Shown: positions 28,042 through 37,650 of the stretch, piece by piece
Layout: the number at the start of each line of letters is the position of its first letter
Numbering within the stretch: the stretch's first letter is position 1
DNA from: an uncultured Poribacteria bacterium
GTDB taxonomy: Bacteria; Poribacteria; WGA-4E; WGA-3G
Assembly: GCA_951813565.1 (NCBI GenBank)
Contig: OX638351.1
Location: forward strand, 4,992,001 to 5,056,000
Length of the DNA stretch: 64,000 nucleotides
Reading direction: 5' to 3'
Notes under the pieces: model-generated
The model's input: the letters and a program-made list of their open reading frames with translations, nothing else
What the model was told of the DNA's origin: nothing
The model's database searches: none
Program-made: the position numbers and the translations under genes

Positions 28042-30498
28042 ATGAAAAGCGACGCGCACGCTTCCAAAGCGCGCCTACCGGAAGATATAGTATCTATTAT
28101 TGAAAACATCCTCGGTTGCAAACTTGAAGATGTAACTGTAGGAATGGATTTTACCCCTGATGCCCTACAAACCCTCCTCACCACGCCCCCTACAGACTCT
28201 CTTGAAAACTATCTTACACCACAATGGGTAGTGCTTGCTGCTGGCAAAGGCACTCGCATTGATCCTACAGGACGATTGAGCAAGACGTTGGACATTATGT
28301 TCGGCGGGCAGAACATGCTGCAATGGTCATGTCGTTTTCTGCCGGGCAACCGTCCACATATTGTTGTTATCAACCCACAAATGGCAACCCGAATAGCCGA
28401 AAGTGGATCACCTGAACAGTTGTTAGGTGAAAATGCGATTCCTTGTATCCAACAAGAAATGAACGGTACTGGTGGTGCGTTGCAAGCGGCACTGCCTGCA
28501 CTTCGCGATTCTGATGCCGAATGGATCGGCGTAGCATTTGGCGATGAACCTTTTTTACAAAGAGCCATCTTTGCACAAACGTTGCTATCTCATTTTCTTT
28601 CTGGTGCGGATGTGACACTATGTGGTAAGATACCTGAAACAGTGGTTGATAAAGGCGGTCTCTTTTTTGATGCAGATGGCAAATTTATTGGCACAAAAGA
28701 GTGGTATGATATGACAGAGCCTGAAAAAGCAGGGATGTGGCAACGTTTGGAGCGTGGTGAGGCATATACCAATACCGGTATCACGATTATCCGAAAAAGT
28801 GTATTGTTGGAACGGATAGATCAGTTGGAACCGCACACGAACCGAAACGGTGAACTCCATCACGTTGATCTGATTCGTCTCTGTTATGAAGATGGCTTGA
28901 AAACAAACGCTTATATCTATCGTGGTGGTGTGTTGTCAGGCGTTAATCGTTGGTCAAACGTTTTATCAGGTGAAGATGTAATGTTTAAACAGACCAGGGA
29001 ATTCCTTGCACAGAAAGGTGTCCGTGTTGATCCATCAGCGCAGATAACGTTGGATAGTGAAGATATTGAGATCGGCACTGCATGCTATCTTATCGGCAGA
29101 ATACATATCGGAAAAGGTGTGAAGATAGCGGATTATTGTAGACTTGAAAATGTCACACTGCGCAGTGCTACAAGCGTTGGAGCTTCCGTTGGGCTGCAGA
29201 ATGTGTCTGCAAAGGATACAACATTTGAATCAAATCAGTTACCTGCAACTTTGGCAAAACCTGTTAGTGGAATTGCAACTGTCAGCACAGTAAAAAATTG
29301 CACTTTTGATGCAGTTACAGTAGGAAGCAGCGTTCAACTTTCAGATATTCAAGCACATGCAACTGTGATATCATCAAACATTAAACTAAAAAATCAAACG
29401 TTAGGTGTACCACTTGCAGAATCACCACTGGGTGTGCCGAGACCGCTTTTCAACCAAATTATTCCTGCAGATTATAGACCAGGTGTTTTTACTTTTGGCG
29501 AAAAGAAGGATTTGCCAGATTGGGAGAACCTTCGGAAGCATGTTAGTTCGCATAGTGCTACGGAGTTGATTCCGCGTGCGACGCGCAATTCACAATTGCA
29601 ACAAGTTGTGTGCAACGCAGTAGATATGCTTTTGGACATGCGGCGTGCAAATGGAGATTATCTGATTGAAGCCCTCACACCTGAAGAACTGTGGGGAACT
29701 ATCTTTGAGATGGTGAAACTGTATACTGGTAACCCGAATCCTTATCATCACGATAAACTAAAAGCACGCCGGACTGCACTTGCACTTCTGCCAGAATTTT
29801 GGAACGATGATTGGTTAACACGGTTAAAGCTTGTTGTTGCAGGGAATGTGATTGATTACAGCAGTGCTCGGGTAGTCCAAAAAGTGAATGCTAATCCTGA
29901 CTATTTTTCTGAAGCACTAAGTGCAGCGGTTGATACACCTTTTGCCATTGATTGTTATGAACTGTTCCATGAGAAAGTTATTGATGCTTTTCCTCAGCAG
30001 ATTGTGTGGCTTGCAGACAACGATGGCGAAATCATTTTTGATGTTGCTTTCATTCAGGACCTCGTTCAATGTGGACATCGTCTATGTATAGTAGGAAAAA
30101 CCGATAACGCAAGCAACGACGTTACGTTGACAGATTTGCATGATATTACAAACTATCCACAATTTGAAGAACTTCAACGCGCAATGCAAGATGGGGTTGT
30201 TACGCTGATGTCGTCAGGCGCTAAGACGATCGGGACCAATCTTTATAATGCTACACCCGAATTTATTAATGCATTATTAGACGCTGACCTTGTTATATCT
30301 AAGGGACAAGGCAATTTCTTCACGACACCGGGATGGCATAAAGATACCTTTTATCTCCTTCTCTCCAAAGGTATGACAGCTGAGCGAAGCACAGGTGTTA
30401 TAGCGGATAAAAATCTGCCAGTTGATGGACTTATTTTGGGGTATCTGCCGAGTGGAACAAAACGGGTTGCAACGTTACGAGACCTATGTAATCCTTGA
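28042..30498 (+). CDS. GlmU-like nucleotidyltransferase/left-handed beta-helix fused to a DUF89 (ARMT1-like) phosphatase domain
   Basis: VLAAGKGTR, NGTGGAL, GDEP; hexapeptide-like repeats; GNVIDY, LADNDGE, NDVT, ISKGQGNF. Confidence 0.75.
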   Translation: MKSDAHASKARLPEDIVSIIENILGCKLEDVTVGMDFTPDALQTLLTTPPTDSLENYLTPQWVVLAAGKGTRIDPTGRLSKTLDIMFGGQNMLQWSCRFLPGNRPHIVVINPQMATRIAESGSPEQLLGENAIPCIQQEMNGTGGALQAALPALRDSDAEWIGVAFGDEPFLQRAIFAQTLLSHFLSGADVTLCGKIPETVVDKGGLFFDADGKFIGTKEWYDMTEPEKAGMWQRLERGEAYTNTGITIIRKSVLLERIDQLEPHTNRNGELHHVDLIRLCYEDGLKTNAYIYRGGVLSGVNRWSNVLSGEDVMFKQTREFLAQKGVRVDPSAQITLDSEDIEIGTACYLIGRIHIGKGVKIADYCRLENVTLRSATSVGASVGLQNVSAKDTTFESNQLPATLAKPVSGIATVSTVKNCTFDAVTVGSSVQLSDIQAHATVISSNIKLKNQTLGVPLAESPLGVPRPLFNQIIPADYRPGVFTFGEKKDLPDWENLRKHVSSHSATELIPRATRNSQLQQVVCNAVDMLLDMRRANGDYLIEALTPEELWGTIFEMVKLYTGNPNPYHHDKLKARRTALALLPEFWNDDWLTRLKLVVAGNVIDYSSARVVQKVNANPDYFSEALSAAVDTPFAIDCYELFHEKVIDAFPQQIVWLADNDGEIIFDVAFIQDLVQCGHRLCIVGKTDNASNDVTLTDLHDITNYPQFEELQRAMQDGVVTLMSSGAKTIGTNLYNATPEFINALLDADLVISKGQGNFFTTPGWHKDTFYLLLSKGMTAERSTGVIADKNLPVDGLILGYLPSGTKRVATLRDLCNP

Positions 30499-30548
30499 AA
30501 TCAAGAATAATCGAGCTTAGAAAGCCTTCCCACAAGTCGTTGTGCGAT

Positions 30549-31916
30549 TTATGTAACCTTCGAAATCGTAAATTCTCTTTTCCCTGACTTTGAAAGTGGA
30601 ATCTCATCCGCAAATTCTATCTGGACAGATACTTCTGCACCGAGCGCATCCTGGATTTTCTGGACGATATAATTACTTGTTTCCGCTGTCCATTGCTCGT
30701 TAACAACGAGTTTTAAAACACACTCCTGCAGCGTCTCCTGAATTAATTGAAATTGAGTTACACCGACAATGTTATAGAACTGTTGCGTGAAATAGCCTCC
30801 GTGTATCAATGTCCTTGTTTTCGTACGGAAGGTTGCAGTACTGCGCCCGAGAAGTTCTCCTAAGATGGGTAATTGGTTACCGCACGGACACCTCTCATCT
30901 GATAGGCGACCAATATCGCCAATTCTATAGCGGATAAACGGCATTGTGTAGTTGTTCAGTTGTGTAACAAATAAATCACCCGGTTTGGTATAAGGATCAG
31001 CACTGTCCACCTCAAGAAAAATGTCTCGGCAGTTGATATGCATACGTCCTTCTGCACATTCCATAGCGATTAATCCGACCTCCCGCCCACCATATCGGTT
31101 ATAAACCTTTGTACCAAAGACTGTTTCGGCAAGTGAACGGTAGTGTGGGTGCAGCATCTCCGCGGATGAGATAATGCCTTTCAGTTCCCATTGTGGAGTC
31201 AGTTTGTTCTCTGAGATAAATTTGGCAAATTGATATAGCGATGAAGGATAGGCAAGAATTGCCGTAGGTTGCCACCGTTGCATCTTCGCGAATGTTGTGT
31301 GTATCGCTGAATCTGTGAGGTGGAATCCATTAAGCCAGTGCTGATTTCGCCAATAGCGGTTTAATTTCTGTTTCCAATTAACATCACCGTTGACATCAGC
31401 GGGTGCGCCCCAGATGATTAACTGCGGTTCACCGAAATCCCATCCTGCCCACCTATCAAAATAATAGACGCTAATATTCCGCTGATTCCAATAATGTCTA
31501 TCCTGATAAAACTGCAGCGGTGTCCCTGTAGAGCCGCCTGTAGCATTCTCAATTCGCTGATATGTAGGAAATAATTCCGAACAAAGATTTTTCAGTTGTT
31601 TCCGTATAACGCGTTTTTCGAGTGGTAGAATTTGCGATATGTCAATAAAATCAGGATTAATTTTTTGGAGCAGGTCGTTTTGCTTCAATCCAAAGCCTTT
31701 AAACAGATCACGGTAGTATGGTGTCGTGCGTACAGCATGCTGAATAAGTTGCTTTAGACGTTCCCGCTGAAACTTTAAAATCGTTTCGAGCGGCGCGTTG
31801 AACAATTCAGTTGTTTTTGATAGTTGGGTACTGTAGAAAAAACCTTTACGATGTGTATTGTATGCGTGCCAAGCAGCTTTTGAGAAAATCTTTTTGGTTG
31901 AGCGACGGATTGACAT
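30549..31916 (-). CDS. Phenylacetate-CoA ligase family (CapK-like) protein
   Basis: TGGSTGTP, SAEML, YGGRE, PFIRYRIGD, GRS, SGK. Confidence 0.85.
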   Translation of the reverse strand: MSIRRSTKKIFSKAAWHAYNTHRKGFFYSTQLSKTTELFNAPLETILKFQRERLKQLIQHAVRTTPYYRDLFKGFGLKQNDLLQKINPDFIDISQILPLEKRVIRKQLKNLCSELFPTYQRIENATGGSTGTPLQFYQDRHYWNQRNISVYYFDRWAGWDFGEPQLIIWGAPADVNGDVNWKQKLNRYWRNQHWLNGFHLTDSAIHTTFAKMQRWQPTAILAYPSSLYQFAKFISENKLTPQWELKGIISSAEMLHPHYRSLAETVFGTKVYNRYGGREVGLIAMECAEGRMHINCRDIFLEVDSADPYTKPGDLFVTQLNNYTMPFIRYRIGDIGRLSDERCPCGNQLPILGELLGRSTATFRTKTRTLIHGGYFTQQFYNIVGVTQFQLIQETLQECVLKLVVNEQWTAETSNYIVQKIQDALGAEVSVQIEFADEIPLSKSGKREFTISKVT

Positions 31917-32000
31917 GATTCAATTTATAAATCCGAGATGTCCAAATAATTCAAACATCTCAGATTTTCTTTTCGGTAGTAAGAGAGGTCTGGAGGAATG

Positions 32001-33488
32001 TCAAGAACGTCCTCTGATGGTATCAATATGTGGTATATACCCTGGCGGAAACTGATCACTTGACGAACGCCCATCTTGGAACAGCTGATCTGCATCAGGA
32101 TTTTCAGGTTCTATTGGTGCCGGGAATTCACGCCATCTATTACCGTCAAGTGGAACGTCATAACTATCTTCGCTGAACCAGTTAATCAATTGTTCCCGAT
32201 ACTCTCTAAGCGTTCGCCCATAAGCTGGATTACCAGCAAGATTTCGCTCATCAAGCTTGCCAGATAAACGTCTAAAAAGCCATTCCTTTCGGTCAGCAGC
32301 AGAGTAAATATATTTATATTCAGATGTCAAATACATATATAACCCTCTGCTTTCACCTGACAATTGCCCTATGATTGCATCTCGTTCCATATTGCCGGTA
32401 GCAATACCTGCCAAATCAACGCCGCTATGATCCGAAGTAGGTGTTAACCCTGCAGCGCCTAAACTCGTTGGCAGCACGTCAACAAGACTCGTTGGTGTAT
32501 CGCACTGCACGTTTGCCTCAAAACGTTCGGGATAGCGTACCAGCAGTGGAACACGGGCAGCTGCGTCAAGAAATGAACGTTTCCCATAGCAGTCGTAATC
32601 GCCAAGTAATTCTCCATGGTCTGAAGTATAAAGTATCAAGGTATTATCAAGTTCACCTTCCGATTCAAGGTAGTCAAGGATTCGACCAACTTGATAGTCG
32701 ATGAAAGAAATAGCAGCATAATAAGCAGCTCGCATTGTTCGCAGAAGATTCATATCTCTACCTTGATCGCGATATTTGTAGCGATTTTGATGTCGATTCC
32801 AATGCGTGTGCAAATGCTCATAATCTGGCGGCAAGAACGGTAACGGCATTTCCACTGTCCTGTAGAGTCTGTTCCAGGGCACAGGTGATTCAAATGGGGG
32901 ATGCGGCTTGATAAAACTGCTCCAACACAAAAAGGGTCTGCTTGTGTCGCGTTGAGAGAGGAACTGTAACGTTTTATCCCCTACCCACTGCGTATGGTGT
33001 AGCCGGGCAGGAAGTTGTGAAGGTTGTGGGATATAGTAGTATTCACTCCGTTCACCGTGTGGTGCAATAATATGGTCATAGCCGTTTTCATGGAGGGACT
33101 GTGTAAAGTCGTCAGGACCGGCACCTTCCTCTGAAAAATCTCTGGTTTCAAACCCCCACATTTTGCGTCCTTGTGGCGTAAAGTGCATTTTGCCGATACC
33201 GTGTGTCTGATACCCTACCTCATTCAACAACTCCATAACTGACGGACGCTCCTGCGGCATTGCGGAATTGGTCGTACAGCCTGTTTCATGCGGCCACTGC
33301 CCGAGCAGGAAACTACAACGAGATGCTACACATACAGGGGAAGGACAGTATGCAGAAGTAAAACTTGTGCCTTCACGAACAATTCTATCAAGTGCGGGTG
33401 TCTGAATAATAGGGTTCCCAAGTGCGCCAACGGTATCAAAACGCTGCTGATCAGTCATCAAGAATATTATATTTGGTTTTTTTCCCAT
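32001..33488 (-). CDS. Sulfatase family protein
   Basis: PNIIFLMTDQQR, CVASR (formylglycine motif variant), GKMH, KPHPP, SDHG; start could be up to 33566. Confidence 0.9.
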   Translation of the reverse strand: MGKKPNIIFLMTDQQRFDTVGALGNPIIQTPALDRIVREGTSFTSAYCPSPVCVASRCSFLLGQWPHETGCTTNSAMPQERPSVMELLNEVGYQTHGIGKMHFTPQGRKMWGFETRDFSEEGAGPDDFTQSLHENGYDHIIAPHGERSEYYYIPQPSQLPARLHHTQWVGDKTLQFLSQRDTSRPFLCWSSFIKPHPPFESPVPWNRLYRTVEMPLPFLPPDYEHLHTHWNRHQNRYKYRDQGRDMNLLRTMRAAYYAAISFIDYQVGRILDYLESEGELDNTLILYTSDHGELLGDYDCYGKRSFLDAAARVPLLVRYPERFEANVQCDTPTSLVDVLPTSLGAAGLTPTSDHSGVDLAGIATGNMERDAIIGQLSGESRGLYMYLTSEYKYIYSAADRKEWLFRRLSGKLDERNLAGNPAYGRTLREYREQLINWFSEDSYDVPLDGNRWREFPAPIEPENPDADQLFQDGRSSSDQFPPGYIPHIDTIRGRS

Positions 33489-34031
33489 GTGATGTTCCGG
33501 TCCTTTAGAAGAAAATGTTCTGATGTGATTATGAAATAGCATAGCACCTTTTTTGAATGAACGCAATAATATTCATTTGTTAGCTTAGGGAAGCAAGTTT
33601 TAAAAGATTAAACTCTCTTTCGATATAGATAATTTCTGATTTACCCAGTTTTTGTAGAAACAAATGTGCATAAGGTTTTTTAACGTGAGTTTGATAAATA
33701 TTTTGGCTCTTGTAAAGAATGAGTGCTTTTTCTTTATTTGTGCTATAGTATAGTATATGGATTTTCCAATACTTTCTTTAATTGATCCCACATTCCGCAG
33801 TTGTTTAATCAGAATTTAATATTTATAGGACAAACCCGTGTCACGAAAGGATCCGTACCGGATAATAGAGATTTGGTGCCGTGAATTAAGATTCCACTTG
33901 TCACTTTTCTTTTTCTCTAATTCACCTGAAATTGCTTGCTCGATGTAGGTGCCACGCAGGTTTGAGAAATAAATATCGAAAATCGGAAATTCGAAGTGCG
34001 GAATGTAGGATAAAACCATTGTCAATCTCTA

Positions 34032-35042
34032 TTATTCCACTATCTCAAAATCAAGAATTCTAAATTCTATTTTTCCTCCGTCTTTTACCATTGATGGGAC
34101 TCCATCACCAAAAACATTTATTTCAACACGCCTTGCCAACCCCGCTGGAATCGTAGATCTGTAAGTTTCTATTTCCACATCAATTGGATCACCTAATTTG
34201 TCGTAAAAAATTATGTAATAATGGACATCCTCCACATTTTGACGAAGATGGTTACGCAGTGAATAAGACAACTCCCAAGAACGATAGCCCCACAATATCT
34301 TGCCTGCGGTTATTCCTTTTGTGCCTTTACCACCAAGATCTGCAAAAATAGAACTTTTTGATCCAGTAGGTTTCTCTTTTGGGAACGGTTTTACAGGTCC
34401 TATCTGTTCCATCAATTTTTTAAGATAGCTTGACGGAATAGCAAAATTAAGATTTTGTCCTCCGCGGAAAGTTGCCACAGACACACCAATAACTTATCCT
34501 TTGTCATTTAGCACAGGTCCGCCGCTACTCCCTGGAGAGATCGGAGCAGTGAGTTGCAGAATCTTGTCTGTTCCAACCTTACGGATACTACTGATAATTC
34601 CTTGTGAGAACGTGCCTTCCAATCCTCGTGGATTTCCCACGGCATAAATAGGCGCGCCAACTTGAACTGTCCCACTATCACCAAGCGAAATTGCTTTTGC
34701 CCCAGGTACCGAAATCTTCAGAATAACCAAATCGCGTTCTACATCAACTGCTGTGATGCCTTCAATGTCGTACTTTGTTTTTTGAGTTACCAGTTTTGCG
34801 TAACCTCGTGATGCCCCTTTAACAACATGAAGGTTCGTTGCAACTTGACCACTGCGGATAAAGAATCCACTGCCAAGTGAAAGCGGTTGACCGTTAGCAT
34901 CTTCCATGACCAAAAGCACTGTAGAAGTTAACGCCTTTTTGGCAATTTGCTGTGGACTTTGGGCATGTGCAGTAGTTATCCCACAAAATAGGAAAAGTGC
35001 TAAACATAAGCAATGCCAAAACAATTTTTTGTTTCGTTCCAT
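34032..35042 (-). pseudogene. Trypsin-like (S1C) serine protease interrupted by an in-frame TAA
   Basis: RBS AAGGAGG, signal peptide, GSGF, TNLHV, DLVIL, GSSGGP. Then NDKG-TAA(34494-34496)-VIGVSVATFRGGQNLNFAIP continues in the same frame. Confidence 0.85.
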
Positions 35043-35118
35043 TATATCCTCCTTATCCATCAAGTTATTGAAATTAAATATTAAGGGAGCAATCCGTGTT
35101 GATTTGACAGTGGGTTTA

Positions 35119-36475
35119 GTGATACCACCCACTACCTAAAGGTAGGGGCTTCGGTTTCATCGCGATTGCGCTGTTTCCGAAGAAATCAGCGTCTTACTTT
35201 CGCTCCACCAGCAGGCTCTTATGCCGTATCAGAACGGTTTTATCGTGCATTATCACACGGGTACCCCAGCCTGCAATATATTGATAGCAGCGTTGATGTC
35301 TCTATCGTGATGCGTCTGACATTGTTGGCACGTCCAGTGCCTATCGGTGAGTTGTAAATCGTTGTTGTTGTGTCCGCAATGATAACACGGTTTGGTTGTG
35401 GGTTGCCATTTACCTGTTTTGGCAAGCACTTTCCCATATTTTTGGCAAGTCCATTCAAGAATGAGTGCAAACTCACCGAAGGCAATATCGGAGACTTTAC
35501 GACCCCACAATCGTTTCATCGCATCAAGATGAAGCGTTTCAATCGCAATGTAATCATATTTGTGAACGAGACGCAATGCTACCTTGAAAAACCAGTCTCT
35601 TCGTTGATTCGCTATCTTCTTATACGCGCGAGAAAGGTGGCGTTTCGCTTTATACCATCCATTAGATAAGTATGTCTTGCGAGATAACCCCTTGTGCGCA
35701 CAACGGATAGCCCTGAGACTGTTCTTATAGAACTCGGGAGACTTTATCTGCGTGCCATCTGACAATGTGAGAAATGTTTTGAGACCAAAATCTATCCCTG
35801 CTCTATGACCTGTCTTGGGAAGATGTGCTATCGGTTCAGATGCATTACAAGTCAGTATAAGATAATAATCCCCGACATTATCACGCTTGATCGTGACGGT
35901 TTTGATTTGACCCGTCCAATCGCGATGTTTCCAAAAAGTAAACCACTTTTTTAGACAACTGATATAGATACGATTACCTTCAATCTTATAGCCCGCTTGT
36001 GTGAATGTCATGGAGTTATATTTATGTTGTGGTTTGATATGCGGTTTACCGATCCTTTTGGTCGTTTTACCGGATCGACGGTCTTCTATGTTTTGAAAAA
36101 ACCTATGGTAGCCTTTATCAATACGAAACACAACATCTTGAATAACTTGGCTCGGTAGTTGGTTCCAATGTGGTTTTGTCCGGTTCTTCAACTTCGCAAT
36201 ATGCTTGTTCATTGTATACACAGGTATGTATTTGCCAAATAGACGATAATAACGCCTTTGCAACTTCAGAACATGCACATGCACCTGATGTAGATCATCA
36301 AGCAGGTTGCCAAGTCGGATTAGATTAGATTGGTGAGATAACTCGTATTTATACGCTTTCATTGGTCGGTAAGTATATCATATCTATGAGGATAGACAAG
36401 GTTTTTTGTGTAAATAGTGGTCTGAGCCCGTCTACATCCCACAAGCTGAAGCATGGGGATTTGACGGGAAGGTGT
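35119..36475 (-). mobile_element. IS200/IS605-family element carrying only tnpB (IS1341-like)
   Basis: Left-end hairpin CCCGTC...GACGGG at 36427-36468; right-end hairpin GAAGCCCCTACCTTTAGGTAGTGGG ending TCAC; no tnpA. Boundaries approximate. Confidence 0.75.
35253..36362 (-). CDS. tnpB: RNA-guided endonuclease TnpB
   Basis: MKAYKYEL start, RuvC GIDFGLK / IAIETL / DRDINAAINI, zinc finger CYHC...CQQC. Confidence 0.93.
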   Translation of the reverse strand: MKAYKYELSHQSNLIRLGNLLDDLHQVHVHVLKLQRRYYRLFGKYIPVYTMNKHIAKLKNRTKPHWNQLPSQVIQDVVFRIDKGYHRFFQNIEDRRSGKTTKRIGKPHIKPQHKYNSMTFTQAGYKIEGNRIYISCLKKWFTFWKHRDWTGQIKTVTIKRDNVGDYYLILTCNASEPIAHLPKTGHRAGIDFGLKTFLTLSDGTQIKSPEFYKNSLRAIRCAHKGLSRKTYLSNGWYKAKRHLSRAYKKIANQRRDWFFKVALRLVHKYDYIAIETLHLDAMKRLWGRKVSDIAFGEFALILEWTCQKYGKVLAKTGKWQPTTKPCYHCGHNNNDLQLTDRHWTCQQCQTHHDRDINAAINILQAGVPV

Positions 36476-36575
36476 TAAAAATCCGCGTAATCAGTGTAAT
36501 CCGCGCAAATCCGCGATTCAGAAAATACAAACACTTAACATCACAAAAAACATGCAATGCAGAAAAATCTACTAC

Positions 36576-37553
36576 CTAAAACCCGTCAGTCGGCCAAAAG
36601 ATGTGATGCGACCGGATGTCTTGTTTTAAAGCTTCCGATTGACTATGGAGAAGGTCCGGGAGCGCATCAGATAGTTCTTGCCTCATTTTTGGTGGGAACG
36701 CAGCAGGTAGAATAACACGATACATCGTACTTCCATAAGACTCAACTTTCGCGGCATTGAATCCATCAGCAATCGGCGCGGGATACGCTACTTCAAGTTC
36801 CTCCGCATCCATCTGCGCGATTATATCAGATAGCATAACTTCAAAAAAGACTGTGGCACTGTCCTCTGCAAACAACGCCTCTGACGCGGCAAATTCCTTG
36901 ACACCCAATTCTCCACCCCGCCTTCTAACGGAAACATAACCATCAATGACACCATCACGTTCAGCAACCCATGCCTGCGGCGATTCGGTCTGCACCCAGT
37001 CTGTCCAATACGTTATCTCATCTCTAACAAAAATGCCGTTGAATTTGCGGGAATAGGTGTTGTAGAGAGAGGCAAGCTGCGCAACTTCGTTGTTATCTTC
37101 AAAATTGACTGGACGGATATGCCACGCCTGCTGTTTTCTACCGAGAAGGGTTCTTTTGGCGTAATAACGTGGAACACTTTCCCAACCCTCTACCGAATAG
37201 ATACGTTGGCTTCCGTGGAGCATAGAGATCGCTATTCCACGGTTTTCCATGAACTGAATTGAATCTTTAAGAAGTTGTGTGGCAAGTCCGTGCTTACGGT
37301 ATTCTGGACGTGTGCTAACTTCACCAATGCCACCAACAGAAATAGGTTCACCGTGAAAGAACATCTTACGGATAAAAACCCGCACCGTGCTGACAATTTT
37401 GCCATCATCAACTGCGACTCGGATACCTTGGACATCTTTCCACGGATCGTTATACCAATGGTTGGAAAAATACTGGCGGCTTGCTGAAAAGACGTGAGTG
37501 ACATGGTCAAGCCATGCCTCTAATTCATCAGGATAAAGTGATCGGAACTCCAT
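36576..37553 (-). CDS. GNAT family N-acetyltransferase (Eis-like)
   Basis: GGIGEVSTRPEYRKHGLATQLL acetyl-CoA motif; tandem GNAT organisation. Confidence 0.85.
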   Translation of the reverse strand: MEFRSLYPDELEAWLDHVTHVFSASRQYFSNHWYNDPWKDVQGIRVAVDDGKIVSTVRVFIRKMFFHGEPISVGGIGEVSTRPEYRKHGLATQLLKDSIQFMENRGIAISMLHGSQRIYSVEGWESVPRYYAKRTLLGRKQQAWHIRPVNFEDNNEVAQLASLYNTYSRKFNGIFVRDEITYWTDWVQTESPQAWVAERDGVIDGYVSVRRRGGELGVKEFAASEALFAEDSATVFFEVMLSDIIAQMDAEELEVAYPAPIADGFNAAKVESYGSTMYRVILPAAFPPKMRQELSDALPDLLHSQSEALKQDIRSHHIFWPTDGF

Positions 37554-37650
37554 ATCTTATATTACGGACGCAGAAATCGGGCAGACAAGGTCTCCCTCCC
37601 ACAAGAACTTTTAGCGATAATTGAATGACGCTTTTGAATTATGACTAAAC

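Noticed and set aside
33600..34025. Short ORFs 33600-33791 and 33816-34025
   Set aside because: AT-rich intergenic sequence with no RBS or recognisable motifs.
34494..34496. Programmed stop-codon recoding in the protease
   Set aside because: The codon is TAA, the normal stop for many genes here; Sec/Pyl recoding uses TGA/TAG.
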